A stretch of 64,000 bases of DNA, taken from assembly GCF_009914755.1 (NCBI RefSeq), contig NC_060927.1; one strand, 5' to 3'. Position numbers and translations under genes: made by a program. The notes under the pieces are model-generated. The model saw only the letters and a program-made list of their open reading frames with translations, searched no databases and was not told where the DNA came from. The DNA comes from the human T2T-CHM13v2.0 reference genome, Homo sapiens. This document shows positions 1-13,754 of the stretch, piece after piece (the first letter of the stretch is position 1; each line of letters begins with the position of its first letter).

Positions 1-1688
1 AAGAAACAGATTAACTGACCAGCTGCAGATCAGTAGAAAGGAATCCAGGGCAGCCTGCAGCCATTGAAGATAATTGTTCTGGCAGAAAGCCCCCGAGAGA
101 GAGGAGTGCATTTGGGAGCTGCGTGTGAACGAGCGCCAAGGAGAGTATGTCAGAGACCCACCCTGTCTCAGTGTCCAGAGGTGATGCGCGGGGCACACAT
201 ACAGAAGAGGCCTTTTTTCAGGCCCAGGAAAGCTCAGAGATGTGCCGGCTCAGAACTGAAGCCACAAGTAAGACAGGAAGCTGAGGTGAACAGGTTATCA
301 GGGTGGCCGGTTGTGTCAAGTGACCAAAGTAAAGAAACTCCGCCCTTGCACCTCCCAACCAGTGTAGGTTGCACCCTCCCATTCTCCAGGTACTGCCAGT
401 AAAAACATCTGTGGCCCAATCTACTGCCTGAGCACGGTACCTGCTACTGCAGCGGAGTCAGTCCCAAGGAGCGACACCAGTGAGCAGGAAAGCAGAAAAG
501 GTGTGGGAGGAAACTCCTGTGTGGTCCCCTTTAGGGGGTGGGTAGTGGGAACCAGAAGACCCAGGTGCTGCTATTTTGAAGTCATCAGGGTCGGTTCCAT
601 CACTGCTTACTGACTTGCTGCACCTGCCCATTTCTACTGAGAACCAAGAGCAGTAGCTTTGTTCCTTTATAGGCTTTACAATGGTCTCTTCCAGGGAATG
701 GTCTCTTGTCCTCTCCGAAAACTAAATCTCCACATTTCATCCCAGTGTGTGCATAATTACATTCCCAAGTGTCATTGCTGGGCCTGATGAAGCAGGTGCC
801 CCCAGCTGGCTAAGTGCTTGCCTACCTGCTCATTGTCGGGACAGGTGGCATTCCACAGGAGGCTCCCCCGGTTTGTGTGCCTATCATTAGGTGTGGGATT
901 TCCACCCACAAAGGCTCTCATGTGCTGTCTCTGGGCTGTTTTTACCCTACTGCTGTTTGTGGCCTTCCTTAGATACAAAGCTGCCTGCCCTCCCATATAC
1001 CTACTCTGATCATTCCCTTGAAAAACAGGGGAAGGAGAGGAGGGAGGAGAGCTGCGGCCCAGGGGATAATCAGATCAGAGTCCCTAAAGGGTGGAAGGAC
1101 CTCTGTGAAGGAAAGCATGAGAAAGGAACTTTAGAAGCAGGCAGAGCTGGTCAGCCACTGGCAAGCTGCAGATGAGCAGGAAGCATTTCCCTCGGTCAAA
1201 CCAGCCTCACCCAGTCTGCTCCCTGAGGCCTTCAATTCCTGTAATGCAGCCAAGCTTTTCATTCCACAACTAGAGAACAGGCCCTTGGGAGTGAAACTTC
1301 AGACGGAAGCATGCATGTAGATACAAATGAGGGCTATAGATTCCTGCCCTGAGAGCAAACCTTGCCACCTGGGGGTCTGTGACCTTGGGTACTGGAAAGT
1401 GGGTATCAGTTCTCTCACTAACTGAACTGTACTGCCTTCCAAAAAATCTGCTTTTATACTAAGGGCAAGACCCTTGAAAACAAATAATCACCTTTGCATG
1501 GGTGCCTACAAGCCTTAAAAAGAAACCTGTGCTAATGTGAAAACCAAGCTCAAACATATCTCTCAAAAGAAAATTCAGAGTTTCCTGCCCCAGGTTGCCC
1601 CAGGCACTGGCCCTCCATTAAGACCAGCAGGGCTGCTTTGCAAAGCCTCACACCAAGAGAAAATGGTAGTCTATCCTAAAATATAGGG

Positions 1689-1975
1689 GCTCATGCCTGT
1701 AATCCCAGCACTTTGGAAGGCTGAGGTGGGAGAATCACTCAAAGCCAGGAGTTTGAGACCAGCCTAAGCAACATGGCGAAACCCCGTCTCTACAAAAAAT
1801 TGAAAAAAAAAAAAAAAAAAATAGCTGGGTGTGGTGGTGCATGTCTGTAGTCCTGGCTACTTGGGAGGCTGAGGTGGGAGAATCACCTGAGCCCTGGAAG
1901 TTGAGGCTGTAATGAGCCATGTTCACGTCACTGTACTCTAGCCTGGGTGACAGAGTGAGACCCTGTCTTTAAAAA
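1689..1975 (+). mobile_element. AluJ-like SINE
   Basis: Dimeric Alu with a long central A-tract and J-type GGAGAATCACCTGAGCCC / GAGACCCTGTC. Confidence 0.88.
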
Positions 1976-2702
1976 GTTAAAATTAAAATATTAAAATTTA
2001 AAATACATAAAATATAAGCAGTGATACTCAGGAGTTCACAGAAAAACTCCCTAACCAACTACATTTCTCTGAAAAATGATGGGAATCTCAGGGTCTACTT
2101 TTTCTCCAAGAACTTAAAGGAGGGTGGGAGTTTTTGGGGATTTCCAGAAAAATATCTGGAAATCTTATTCATGTGGCTTCTAGGATGCCAAATAAATGTC
2201 CTTGATGTCAGATGACCTCCAGCCAATGCCAGGAATTCATTAATCTTCTCCTGGCAGGGTGCAGACTCTAGAAACAAAGATGTTGCAGCCAAATCAACCC
2301 AGAATGTCTGAGACTCTCAGGAAAGCCAAAGGGGTCAAGGACCTGAGGGACAAGGAGGGCCTCGGCCCTCACCCTGGCACTGGGCTTCCGCCCGCTCCCT
2401 CCACGTCTGCCTGTCCAGCCTCCTTCTCCACTTGCCACTTCTGAGCAGCACATTTGATTCATTGTGGAAGGTGAAGCTATTAGCAAAAGTGAGGCACTTG
2501 CTTAACTGGGAATTTGGGATGAGCAGATTCTTCTGTTTCTGTCCTGATTTTTGACAGGAAGAGATGTCCCCATTATCTAGCCCCTCATATTTGTGAATCC
2601 CTCTGGGCATCATTATCTGTTTCTAGAAATCCCTAAGCAGGGCCTGTACCTTTTCCATCATGTCTCTTCCCCACCACAACCCAACACTTCAGTCCTGGGC
2701 TA

Positions 2703-3016
<314 letters not shown>

Positions 3017-3142
3017 TTAAATTTTAAAAAGACTATATGGATTCCCAGACAGTACTGCAAGGGGAAGGTGGCCATTTGTTGGTGAGAACAAATAAATGAC
3101 TCCGGCAGACTGAGCCCTTGGAGTAGCGCAGGCCTCACTCAC

Positions 3143-3230
3143 CTTTTCCGCTATCAGGAAGTCATAGCGAAGGGCCTCTCGAGTGCAGATGGCGCCCAGG
3201 AGGAAGACGAAGACGATGTACAGAAACCAC
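3143..3230 (-). CDS. SLC12A8: SLC12A8 internal coding exon (88 nt; [29 protein letters not shown]; phase 2 to 0)
   Basis: Acceptor TTTTGCAG|GTG and donor AAG|GTGAGT. TC|G completes Ser from the previous exon. The gene continues past both window edges. Confidence 0.96.
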
Positions 3231-3470
3231 CTGCAAAACCCAAGAGCAGAACAGAGCTGCCCCCGACTCACCTCACCCAGCCCCATCCAATTCCCTCACT
3301 CAACCTTCTGTTTCCAAAGGGAACTTGTATCAGAATGAGAGAAAGGCCAGTCATGAAGCTTCCCCAGCTGGCTTGGGAGGACACTTTTTGTACTATTTCT
3401 CTTCTGGCATATTTCTTACCAAAAAAGGGGTACCATTGTTTTGTTTCTTTTTTTACTTTTAAATATATAT

Positions 3471-3574
3471 AAAAATATGGAACACTTCACGAATTTGCAT
3501 GTCATCCTTGCACATGGGCCATGCTAATCTCTGTATTGTTTTAATTTTAGTGTATGTACTGCTGAAGTGAGCAG
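3471..3574 (-). pseudogene. U6 snRNA retropseudogene (near full length)
   Basis: The reverse complement reads CTGCTCACTTCAGCAGTACATACACTAAAATTAAAACAATACAGAGATTAGCATGGCCCATGTGCAAGGATGACATGCAAATTCGTGAAGTGTTCCATATTTTT. This is U6 with CpG decay and a small deletion after ACAGAGA, followed by an A-rich tail. Confidence 0.93.
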
Positions 3575-4674
3575 TTTTTTTTCTCTTTCTTATATTAAAA
3601 AAGAAAAACATACAAAGGGCATTCCAGGTAGGGAAGTGGGAGGCCCAGTTGCCTCTAGGTTGCCAGGATTCAGGCCAGGGTTGCCCCGCAGCCTCACACC
3701 CCAGCCTCCTCCAGCAAAAGAACAAGCTGATGATCCTTCGGGCCTCTAAGTCCTGCTGGTCTGTTATCTTTGGATCAGATAATAAAGAGGGAAACTAAAG
3801 TCAAAAGGCAGAGAGCAGAGGCCTGGCTCTGTCCCCAAGATGCCCTGTAACCTTGAACAAGACCCAGGTTCCTGTGGTCTCCTCATTCCCATCTGGGTAA
3901 TCAGAGGATGGGCCAAGGGTTCCTCCTGGAACCTCCCAGCTGGGGCCAGAAACAAGACAGGGTCCTCATTCAGAAGCCTCTTTCTTTTATTTCCTTCCCA
4001 ACACTCAACTCTATCTCTGTTGTCTTCATTTTCTTCCCAATGTTATTGCACAAAATACCCTGATGCTGTACGCCAGGCTGATAGCAATGGTTTCACTGCA
4101 GTAAGCTAAGAACAAATTCAGTGTTTGTGAAACAGATACATTAATATTTTCTAAATACTGTGGTTAGAATAACACAGGCCCTTTTAACTTCTCAAGTCAT
4201 TGTTTCTGGTCTCTGATCTCTTTGCCTCTTCACACCTACCCAATGAAGGGCAGAGAAGCTTCTTCCTGTGGTACAGAGAGAAACAATATTCTAAAAGGTC
4301 AGAAATAGACCCAAGGTTACCCAGCCTGCTTGTGTGGGTGGCACAGTGTGAACTAAAACCCCAGAGGCCTGACGGCCTGGGGGAGCTGGAGGGGAGGCTC
4401 ACTGGGGGAAGAAGAAGAGCTGGGTGCTGAGCTTCCACTGTGTGCCTTCTCTCCCCGCCGCAATCTAGGAAGCACATACAGTGTCATTATCCCCATTTCA
4501 CAAGAAAGGAAATGGAGGCTCAGAGAACTCAGTAAATTGTCCAGAGTCATGCAGCCAATCAGCGGCAGAGCTGAGATGCAGCCCCAATTCGTCTGATTGC
4601 AAAACTCTTCATCTTTATGCTCCCTCCAGTGATCCTGGAAACTCGGTGGTTAAAAAAATCCCCAAGTTCAAAAT

Positions 4675-4700
4675 GGGGGTGGGGGAGGGACGGGGGCGGG
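4675..4700 (+). other. G-quadruplex-competent motif
   Basis: GGGGGTGGGGGAGGGACGGGGGCGGG: five G-tracts with 1-2 nt loops. Confidence 0.7.
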
Positions 4701-4972
4701 AGGCCGAGGAAAGGAAAGAAAGGATTCGATCTGTGATCTGGGTCCCGACACTCCTCCTCGGCAGCATTCCCAGGCAGGGCGCATGAAAGGGCAGTGTCTG
4801 AACCCACCAGACGTGAATTTTCCAGCCCACCGAGTGTTAAAAGAAGGATCGGAATATGAAATAGATTGGTCACAGTCGGGGCACTCTCAGAACAAAAGGG
4901 GCAATCCCTCTTCTGCCTGGGGTTTTCTCTCCCACTCTCTAGCTCAGACTGATTGCCATGAGGGGAACTTAC

Positions 4973-5060
4973 GAGATGCCAACAGCTGCCAGGGAGCCCA
5001 GGGGAATGCTGGCGGCAGGCTCCCTGAGGTCGCCCCCCATGTTGAAGCCGGCCATGACTC
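4973..5060 (-). CDS. SLC12A8: SLC12A8 internal coding exon (88 nt; GVMAGFNMGGDLREPAASIPLGSLAAVGIS; phase 1 to 2)
   Basis: Acceptor CTTTCAG|GAG and donor CTC|GTAAGT. Carries the SLC12 motif G.MAG.N..GDL..P..SIP.G and is frame-consistent with both neighbouring exons. Confidence 0.97.
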
Positions 5061-5929
5061 CTGAAAGACACCCAGATGGGGAATGGGGTGAGCAGCCTCC
5101 TCCACGCATCGCCTTCCCCAGGGCTGCCCCTTCCTCTCCTGCGGGACCCTCTCCTGGAAGCTGTCCCACCGCAAGCCCTCCAGCTGCAGCTCTGCGCATA
5201 GGCTGCTTTTCAATCTCCCCTGGCAACTAGGGAGGCATCCCTGTGGCGTGAAAGGCACCTTTGTGGGTTGGAGGAGGCTCAGGAGGAAAGCCCTCCCAGC
5301 TCCAAAAGCATCCTACCGCTCAGCGCAAAGCAACCAGGGGGGAGGAAAGCGGCTTGCAAGGCACACAGAGGTCCTGCGCTGCCTGCTGAGCTGGGACAAT
5401 GCCCTGGAGAGGCTCAGCATTACAAAGGTCTGGCAGCCTCCTGCTCAGCAGCTTTCCCTGCCTCTGCTGCCTGCTGATTCCATGGGAGCTTCCTGTGTCC
5501 TCGGGGTCAGGTACCATCCTCCAAGCCGCTGAGCTACCAAAGGGCTTAAAATAAACTCCAAAAAAACCAATCCTGATGCCACTGACATGGAGTCACAAGC
5601 TCCTTTTCATCATCACCTCTCTTCTGCAAGAACACTAATGAAAACGAATTAATCCATGAGGGACCCACAGCACAGTGCTGCATGGTGAAGTGGGGATGTT
5701 GCCTCTTCCCATACAAACAAATATATGAAAGCAACAAGACAGGGTGTTCTGAACATCGGATGAGGATCCAGCCCACAAGTGCCATAACAACTCAGTGTGA
5801 TGGGCTGCCCTGGTCAGGAAAGACCCGTGGAGGGGGTTGTAACTTGAATGTGGCCTTGAAAGAGGGATTTGAATGGGCTTAGGGATGGGAATGAATCTAA
5901 CTCCATGATTTGTGAACACTTTCAAACTG

Positions 5930-6150
5930 CCTGGGCCTGTGTCAAGTGCTTTACATGCATTTTTTTATCCTGTTTAATTCTCATAACAACCTCATCAGAA
6001 AGGTAGAATTATTTCCTCATCTTATGGAAAAGTGTTCAAAGAGGTTAATTAAAACAGCCTAAGGTCACACATTTAATAAGCAGCAAAGCTAAGATTCAAC
6101 CCTGGTCTGTCTGACTCTGAAAATTATGCTCTTAATGCCTCTGCTACAAT
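5930..6150 (-). mobile_element. MIR SINE relic
   Basis: tgtgtcaagtgctttacatg...tttaattctcataacaacc...aaggtcacac...gattcaaccctggtctgtctgactc. Confidence 0.75.
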
Positions 6151-6289
6151 GCTTCACAGAATCCAAGCGAAGTGCAGTGAAGTGACAGTTTGGAACCAGA
6201 AAGTGAAAGTAGGGGGGTGTATTTCAGAGAGAACCCTGAATGCTGGCCCGCGGATGGGGTGCATATACTGTCACCCAGCAACTCCACTA

Positions 6290-6710
6290 TGAGGACTTTA
6301 CCCATCGTAGGTAGTCAAGGCTATGAGGGAAGATTTAGCCCAGCGTGTTTATAAACGCTTGTTTAGAATAGTGGAAATTAGAAACAACCTAATGTCTAAA
6401 AATAGAGGGTTGGTTAAATAAGTGATGATATAGCTTTCAATAAATACTAGGTCTCAGAATATTGTAAGGGATATGTTGTGACATGGAAAGATGTTTAGAA
6501 GCTTTTGCTTAGTTTTAAGACGCATATTAGAAAACAGAACACATGGTATGATCCCATTATTATAAAAATATATAGAAAAAGGAACTGGAACATGTTTTAA
6601 AACATTAACAATGTTATTTCTGGGTGATAAAAGAACAGGTCATTTTTATTTGACTGTTTATATTTTCTCAATTTTCTACAATGATCATTTTGAAACGTGA
6701 AAACTTTTAA
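6290..6710 (+). mobile_element. Old L1M(E) 3' relic
   Basis: aattagaaacaacctaatgtc...ggttggttaaataa...gacatggaaagatgtt...gtatgatccca is typical of L1ME 3' ends. Confidence 0.6.
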
Positions 6711-7398
6711 GGTTTTGTTGTTGTTGTTTTTGTTTTTGTTTTTAACGGCCTGTTAGGCACATTTTCTTTCCTCTCATTCCCTCCTCTCCAAGATCCTATT
6801 AAGAGCATAGTAAAGGGGAAAAGTAGATAAATTCCCATAAGCAAAGAGAAGTTGGGAGGAGGACCCTAAGTAGATGAAAGGTTCCCATGAATGTCTGGAA
6901 CATAGAACATAGAAAATGGAGAATATAATACCGAGGAAAAGAGAAGGAAAGAAAGCCTCGGAATGCTTCTCTACAAGATCTCAATACACTGAGGAAAACC
7001 AGGGCTGGACGTTTGCACCCCAAATAAAGCCCTGCTCAAGAATCAACAGCACTCACAAACTTCTCATCAAGGTAGGGCCCCAGCAGGGAGACAGACCTAA
7101 CCATGCGACAGCTGGGGAAATCCATGCCCACAACCAAGATCACCCAATGTGTGATGAAAACCAGCAACAAATAAACAAATACACGCATAACTAGAAACAG
7201 AACAACCCAGGCTGGAAGAAACATAAATCAGGATACAGAGAGAATTTGGAAGAAAACACTAATTAGTAGCTCCAGGTACATCCAAGAAGAATATTCTATC
7301 TATAAAACAAGGTGCTATGAAAAAAAATCCAAGAACAACAAAGAACTTTTGGAAATTAAAAATATGATCATTAAAATTAAAAATGCAACAGATTTAAG

Positions 7399-7887
7399 GG
7401 CCAGGTGTGGTGGTTCATGCCTGTAATCCCAGCGCTTTGGGAGGCCAAGGCAGAAGGATCACTTGAGGCTGGGTGTAATGGCTCACGCCTTTAATCCCAG
7501 CATTTTGGGAGGCCGAGGCAGGCAGATCATCTGAGGTCAGGAGTTCGAGACCAGCCTGACTAACATGGTGAAACTCCATCTCTACTAAAAATGCAAAAAG
7601 TAGCCAGGTGTGGTGGTGCACACCTATAATCCCAGCTACTTGGGAGGCTGTGGTGGGAGGATCACTTGAGCCCAGGAGGTAGAAGTTGCAGTGAGCGGAT
7701 ATCATGCCACTCACTCCAGCCTGGGTGACAGAGATCCATCTCAGGAAAAAAAAAAAAAAAAAAAGAAGGATCCCTTCAGGCCACAAGTTTGAGACCAGCT
7801 TGGACCACACAGCATCTCTTCATAAAATAAAAAAGTTATCCGGGCATGGTGGTACACACATCCCAGCTACTCAGGAGGCTAAGGCAG
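7399..7887 (+). mobile_element. AluJ interrupted by a second Alu (7467-7763); outer copy 3'-truncated
   Basis: The inner Alu is flanked by agaaggatcacttga (7452-66) and agaaggatcccttca (7764-78). The outer Alu stops at aggctaaggcag. Confidence 0.85.
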
Positions 7888-7888
7888 C

Positions 7889-8184
7889 TTTAATTGACTC
7901 ACAGTTCCACATGGCTGAGGAGGCATCACAAATCATGGCAGAAGGGGAAGGAGAAGCAAAGTCACGTCTTGCATGGCAGCAGGCGAGAGAGAGCTTGTGT
8001 AGGGGAACTCCTATTTATAAAACCATCAGATCTCGTGAGACTTATTCACTGCCATGGGAACAGCACGGGAAAGAGACTCACCCTCATGATTCAATTCCCT
8101 CCCACCAGGTTCCTCCCACGACACATATGAATTGTTACAATTCAAGGTGAGATTTGAGTGGGGACACAGAGCCAAACCATATCG
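7889..8184 (-). mobile_element. THE1/MST (ERVL-MaLR) solo LTR, 3' end missing
   Basis: The reverse complement begins GATATGGTTTGGCTCTGTGTCCCCACTCAAATCTCACCTTGAATTGTA. Internal ttataaaaccatcagatctcgtgagacttattcact is typical of THE1. Confidence 0.88.
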
Positions 8185-8484
8185 TGACATAGTGCTCTTT
8201 ATTCCTCGCCATTGTTGTACCTCCTACAGTTTGTCAGGTCATTTTGTACACCTTCCTTCAGATCTTTTATACAGAAGTTAACCCATGAAGACCCCTGAGA
8301 ACACCACAGCAATATATGCTTCTGTGGAGGAAAATGACTGATTCATCCTAATTGCTTCCTGCTTCCAAACACTTACTGTCTCCATAACAAACCCCCTTTA
8401 CTCCTCCCCCAGGTTCTGTGTAGGCTGCCTGTTGTGCAGTACATTAGGATGCTGCTCAGTGGGAGGAGAAAGGACTGACCGTGA

Positions 8485-8998
<514 letters not shown>

Positions 8999-9647
8999 TG
9001 CACATTTGTTATAGGGGCTCACACACTGTGGCTGTCATTTCCAAAATTCTACCTCTGTGTTACCACACAATTCTTGGGCAATGTTCCCTAGCTTCGGTGA
9101 ATTATAAATGTCTCATTCACTAGTTAGAGCTAGAAAAATTATTTTGACTTAGTATTTTTTTCCTGTCTGTGTTAAGTGTCACAGAAATTCTCTAGTTTGC
9201 TTTCTTTTTGCATCCAGTGCAATTTTAAAACACTATCATTAAGGTTAGAGTTACATTTAGGGTTGGCGTAATAGAACAAATACTATTTCCCAGAGCATTA
9301 GTGCCCAGGTGTTTTACAAATATTACATTTTTTAAAAAGTTCCACAATTGAAAATAAGGTTGGGAAAACCTTAATTAGAGAGGTTTTCGGTGCTGGGCTA
9401 TTGTAGTGCCTATAATATGCTAATATTCATTGTCCATCTCTAAGAAGAGAAATACAGCACACAGTTTCGCAAAACTTATTTGGCATTGAACCCTTTTTTT
9501 TTTTTTTAAAGAAATGAAAACTTTCTTCATTATTAAAGTTCCACAGAGCACAGTTTGGGAAACACTCAGTGCCCATTTTATAATTACTATTTGGTCTCGA
9601 CACTTTTCGTGGCGGGCTTCCAAAAATTGTTTAAATTTGGCTATTTA

Positions 9648-9964
<317 letters not shown>

Positions 9965-10150
9965 TTAGAATCATGATTCTTAAATCTAGGTGATACCCTA
10001 GCGATCATCTACTCCAACCTTTTATTTCACAGATGAGGCAACGGAGGCCCAAAGAAGGGAAGCCATTTGATTCAAGTGTTCCAAGCTAATTGCTAACAGA
10101 ACCAGCACTAACCCTCAAGTTTCCTGATTCCAAGTCAGTGTTGTTTCCAC
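9965..10150 (-). mobile_element. MIR SINE relic
   Basis: MIR core atttcacagatgaggcaacggaggcccaaagaaggg. Confidence 0.7.
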
Positions 10151-11299
10151 TACATCACATAGCCTCTCCATTTCTTCCTAACACCCCTGCTCTTTGTAGA
10201 TTTCCCCTTCTGAAATAGTAATTGCATGATTAATGTGGGGTTACATACCCACAAGAAGGCTGAGCTTATCAGTTATAATCGGCGCGATGCATTGGTTTCG
10301 CCACAGGCACTTGCATCACCAGCTCCTAATCTCTAGACAGTGCTGGATTGATGGCATTTCTGGGTTTTAAACGCCAATTCCAGGAAGCAGTTAATTGCTT
10401 TACCCAAAAACATTTTTTCTCCCTGCATCACAACGATGATCTGTCTGGTCTGCACACTGTTACCATGTGACTTAGGTAAACAGCTTCCTTAATATGGGGA
10501 AAGCCTTCTGGCTTGGTCTTCCACCCCAGTCCTGGGGCCTTCAGGCACATATTTATGGTCTCAGTTTTGATATGCAAGTCTGAAGGTGTCAGCCATCACT
10601 TGACCAGCTTAGGTTTATGAGGCTACACCTCGAGTGGCATCCGTAGCCACCTAGACATTGACATCACACCTACAGTTTCGATGGATGGCACCAGGTGAAC
10701 AGGGGACTTGGGGTCAGCGCCTACTTCCAGTGTCTGGTCTCACAGAAGACATAGAGGGCCAGAAAATGAATCAACCCCTTATAGCTCTCAAAAATATATC
10801 CTTGGGTAAAATAACCAGTGTAAATGTCAATGACCACTTACCAACATTTGCAAGTGGGTAGGTCATCTCTTTTCTTCCCTGCCCCCTGAATCACCCAGTG
10901 GCACACATTGATCAAAGTCCTTACTTATCACCAATTACCACAAGCCCGTTTCCCACCCCAATTCCCTTTTCTGTTCCTGAAAATGAAGATTAGTAGGAAA
11001 AGAAAACCCCAACAGTTTTTCTAGGCTTTTCAGGTTCCTGTTAGTTCATAAAGGACTACTTACTCTTTCTCAAGGAACTTCCAAGATTCCTCCTGGGGAC
11101 TTTTCAATCCAAATCTGTGTCCTCAGAAACTCTTCAACTTTTTCTTTCCATTTATAGCTTAATCGTTTCTCTGCTGCCTGTTTTCTAAGTTCATAACTTT
11201 ATTTTTCTTTCTTATGAAGGTAGACTACACATGCACTAACGTGCCCAAGTCTCATCTGCTGCCTTTTTTTTTTTAACTGAAAAAAGGGATCTATTACTG

Positions 11300-11450
11300 T
11301 TTGGTGGCAATGTGGCTCTGAGCCCTGCTTTCCTCACCTGTAAATGGGGATTATACTGTTTGCTTTGCAGGACTGTGGTGAAGTTGGAACAGATATTCAT
11401 AAGCACCTAGCACAGTGGCTGGCACCTTGTAGGTGCTAAATAAATGCTCA
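11300..11450 (+). mobile_element. MIR SINE relic
   Basis: tttcctcacctgtaaatgggg...aagcacctagcacagtggctggcac...taaataaatg. Confidence 0.7.
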
Positions 11451-12217
11451 CCCAGGAGAGATGGGCTCTGCTCCTTACTCAGAAATCCCTCAGATTCCTA
11501 AAGACTGGTCTGCCTCTCTTTACCTTCCTTCTGATTTCCAAACCCCATTCCTTTCCCATACCTGGCTTGTTGGTTGGTTTGTTCAGCTGTTCCTGCAGAA
11601 ATCTCTAAACCTGTCTTGCTCTGTTCTTGGAGCAAAACTTGTGAGTTTCCCTCCCTCTCAATGTTTTAGAGATGCTGCTGGGACAGACAGTGTCAAATAA
11701 TGCAACTTTCCAACTCCAGGACCCAGGCAAGATTTATTGGCTTCTGGATGAGGGGCGGCACCAACATTATGTGTTCTCTCTTTATGGGAAGCAACGGGGT
11801 TTACCGCTTACTGGCTGGGAGATGTTGGGGAAATAACCTCTCTAAATCTTTGTTTCCTCATCTGTAAAATGGGTAAATAATAGAACCTGTGGGAGGATCT
11901 AGGTTCCATGCGGCCTGAAATTTTTTTGAAAGTACAAAATTATGAATATAAAATTAGGAACAAGGCTTTGGAAGGAGCTCACGCAAGTGAGGGACCTTGA
12001 AGCCCAGGCTTCAACCACTTCGTGGCAGCCCTGTGTCTGATGGAACCAGTCAGGCTGTGGAGAAGTTTAAACAGAAAACTATACATAAAGTGCTTAGTGG
12101 CTGACATAATAGGTTATTGTAATGATAATAAGTATTGTCGATATTTATAATTGTTTTGATAAAAACTGTTGATATGTATAATTATTTTGATAAAACAATT
12201 ATAAATTAATTCCATAA

Positions 12218-13062
<845 letters not shown>

Positions 13063-13720
13063 TGAAGGGAGTGGAGTGAGCCCCCATCTTCAGACTGTCC
13101 CTACTTGGGGCTCTCTAGTCCTTAAACATGGGAACCCCATTCTGATCCAGCAGGTTCTTGTCCTCTCACTCACAAGACACATAACTTGTGAGGAGACCCA
13201 GGGGACGCCTAGGAGGGGGGAATGGGGGAAGTAGGCCAGAGGAGGGGTGAGCACTAACAGCCGGGCTGAGGGGCCTGGAGACAGCCAGCCAATTGGAGGG
13301 CCCAGCAAATTCCCAGAGCTTCCCAGGGTGTGTACATGAGCAGGAGAGAGGAGTCAGGCCCAGGGAGGTCAAAGGGCATCACAGAAATAGCTGGGTTCTT
13401 GAAAAGGAAGGTGACTGTGGACATTTCAGTAAAGGCTGTAGGTTTCCTACCACATTTTTTCGTGCTGGGTGTGGTCAACCACAGGCCCATGTGTTGGCTG
13501 TGGCCAAAGAGGCCCTTATCCCTTCCAGTAAGAGTTTAGAATCTGGGAACAAGGGTTACAGGACTTCACATGACTGATATTCTTTTCAGTGAATTTCCAT
13601 TTCCTAGTTCCTCTGTGAATCGTGTTCCTGGATCCCTGGAGTGGCTGCATCCACATGGTATGTGTGAAACCCTGGAGAGGAGATGTCTGCTTCTCAGGGA
13701 AAGTTTGGTAGTGGAGCTTG

Positions 13721-13754
13721 GAGAAGGAATGCACTTTGAGAAGGAATGCACTTT
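13721..13754 (+). repeat. Perfect 17-bp tandem duplication
   Basis: GAGAAGGAATGCACTTT x2. Confidence 0.95.

Noticed and set aside
680-707. AATGGTCTCTT repeated at 17-bp spacing
   Set aside because: A short slippage-type duplication with no further support.
3143-5060. Two adjacent 88-nt exons as a mutually exclusive pair
   Set aside because: They have different phases (1-2 vs 2-0), are non-homologous, and both are needed to keep the reading frame.
10560-10665. Possible 5S rRNA or H/ACA snoRNA
   Set aside because: Only a short stem and an ACA triplet; no match to 5S or to any snoRNA I recognise.
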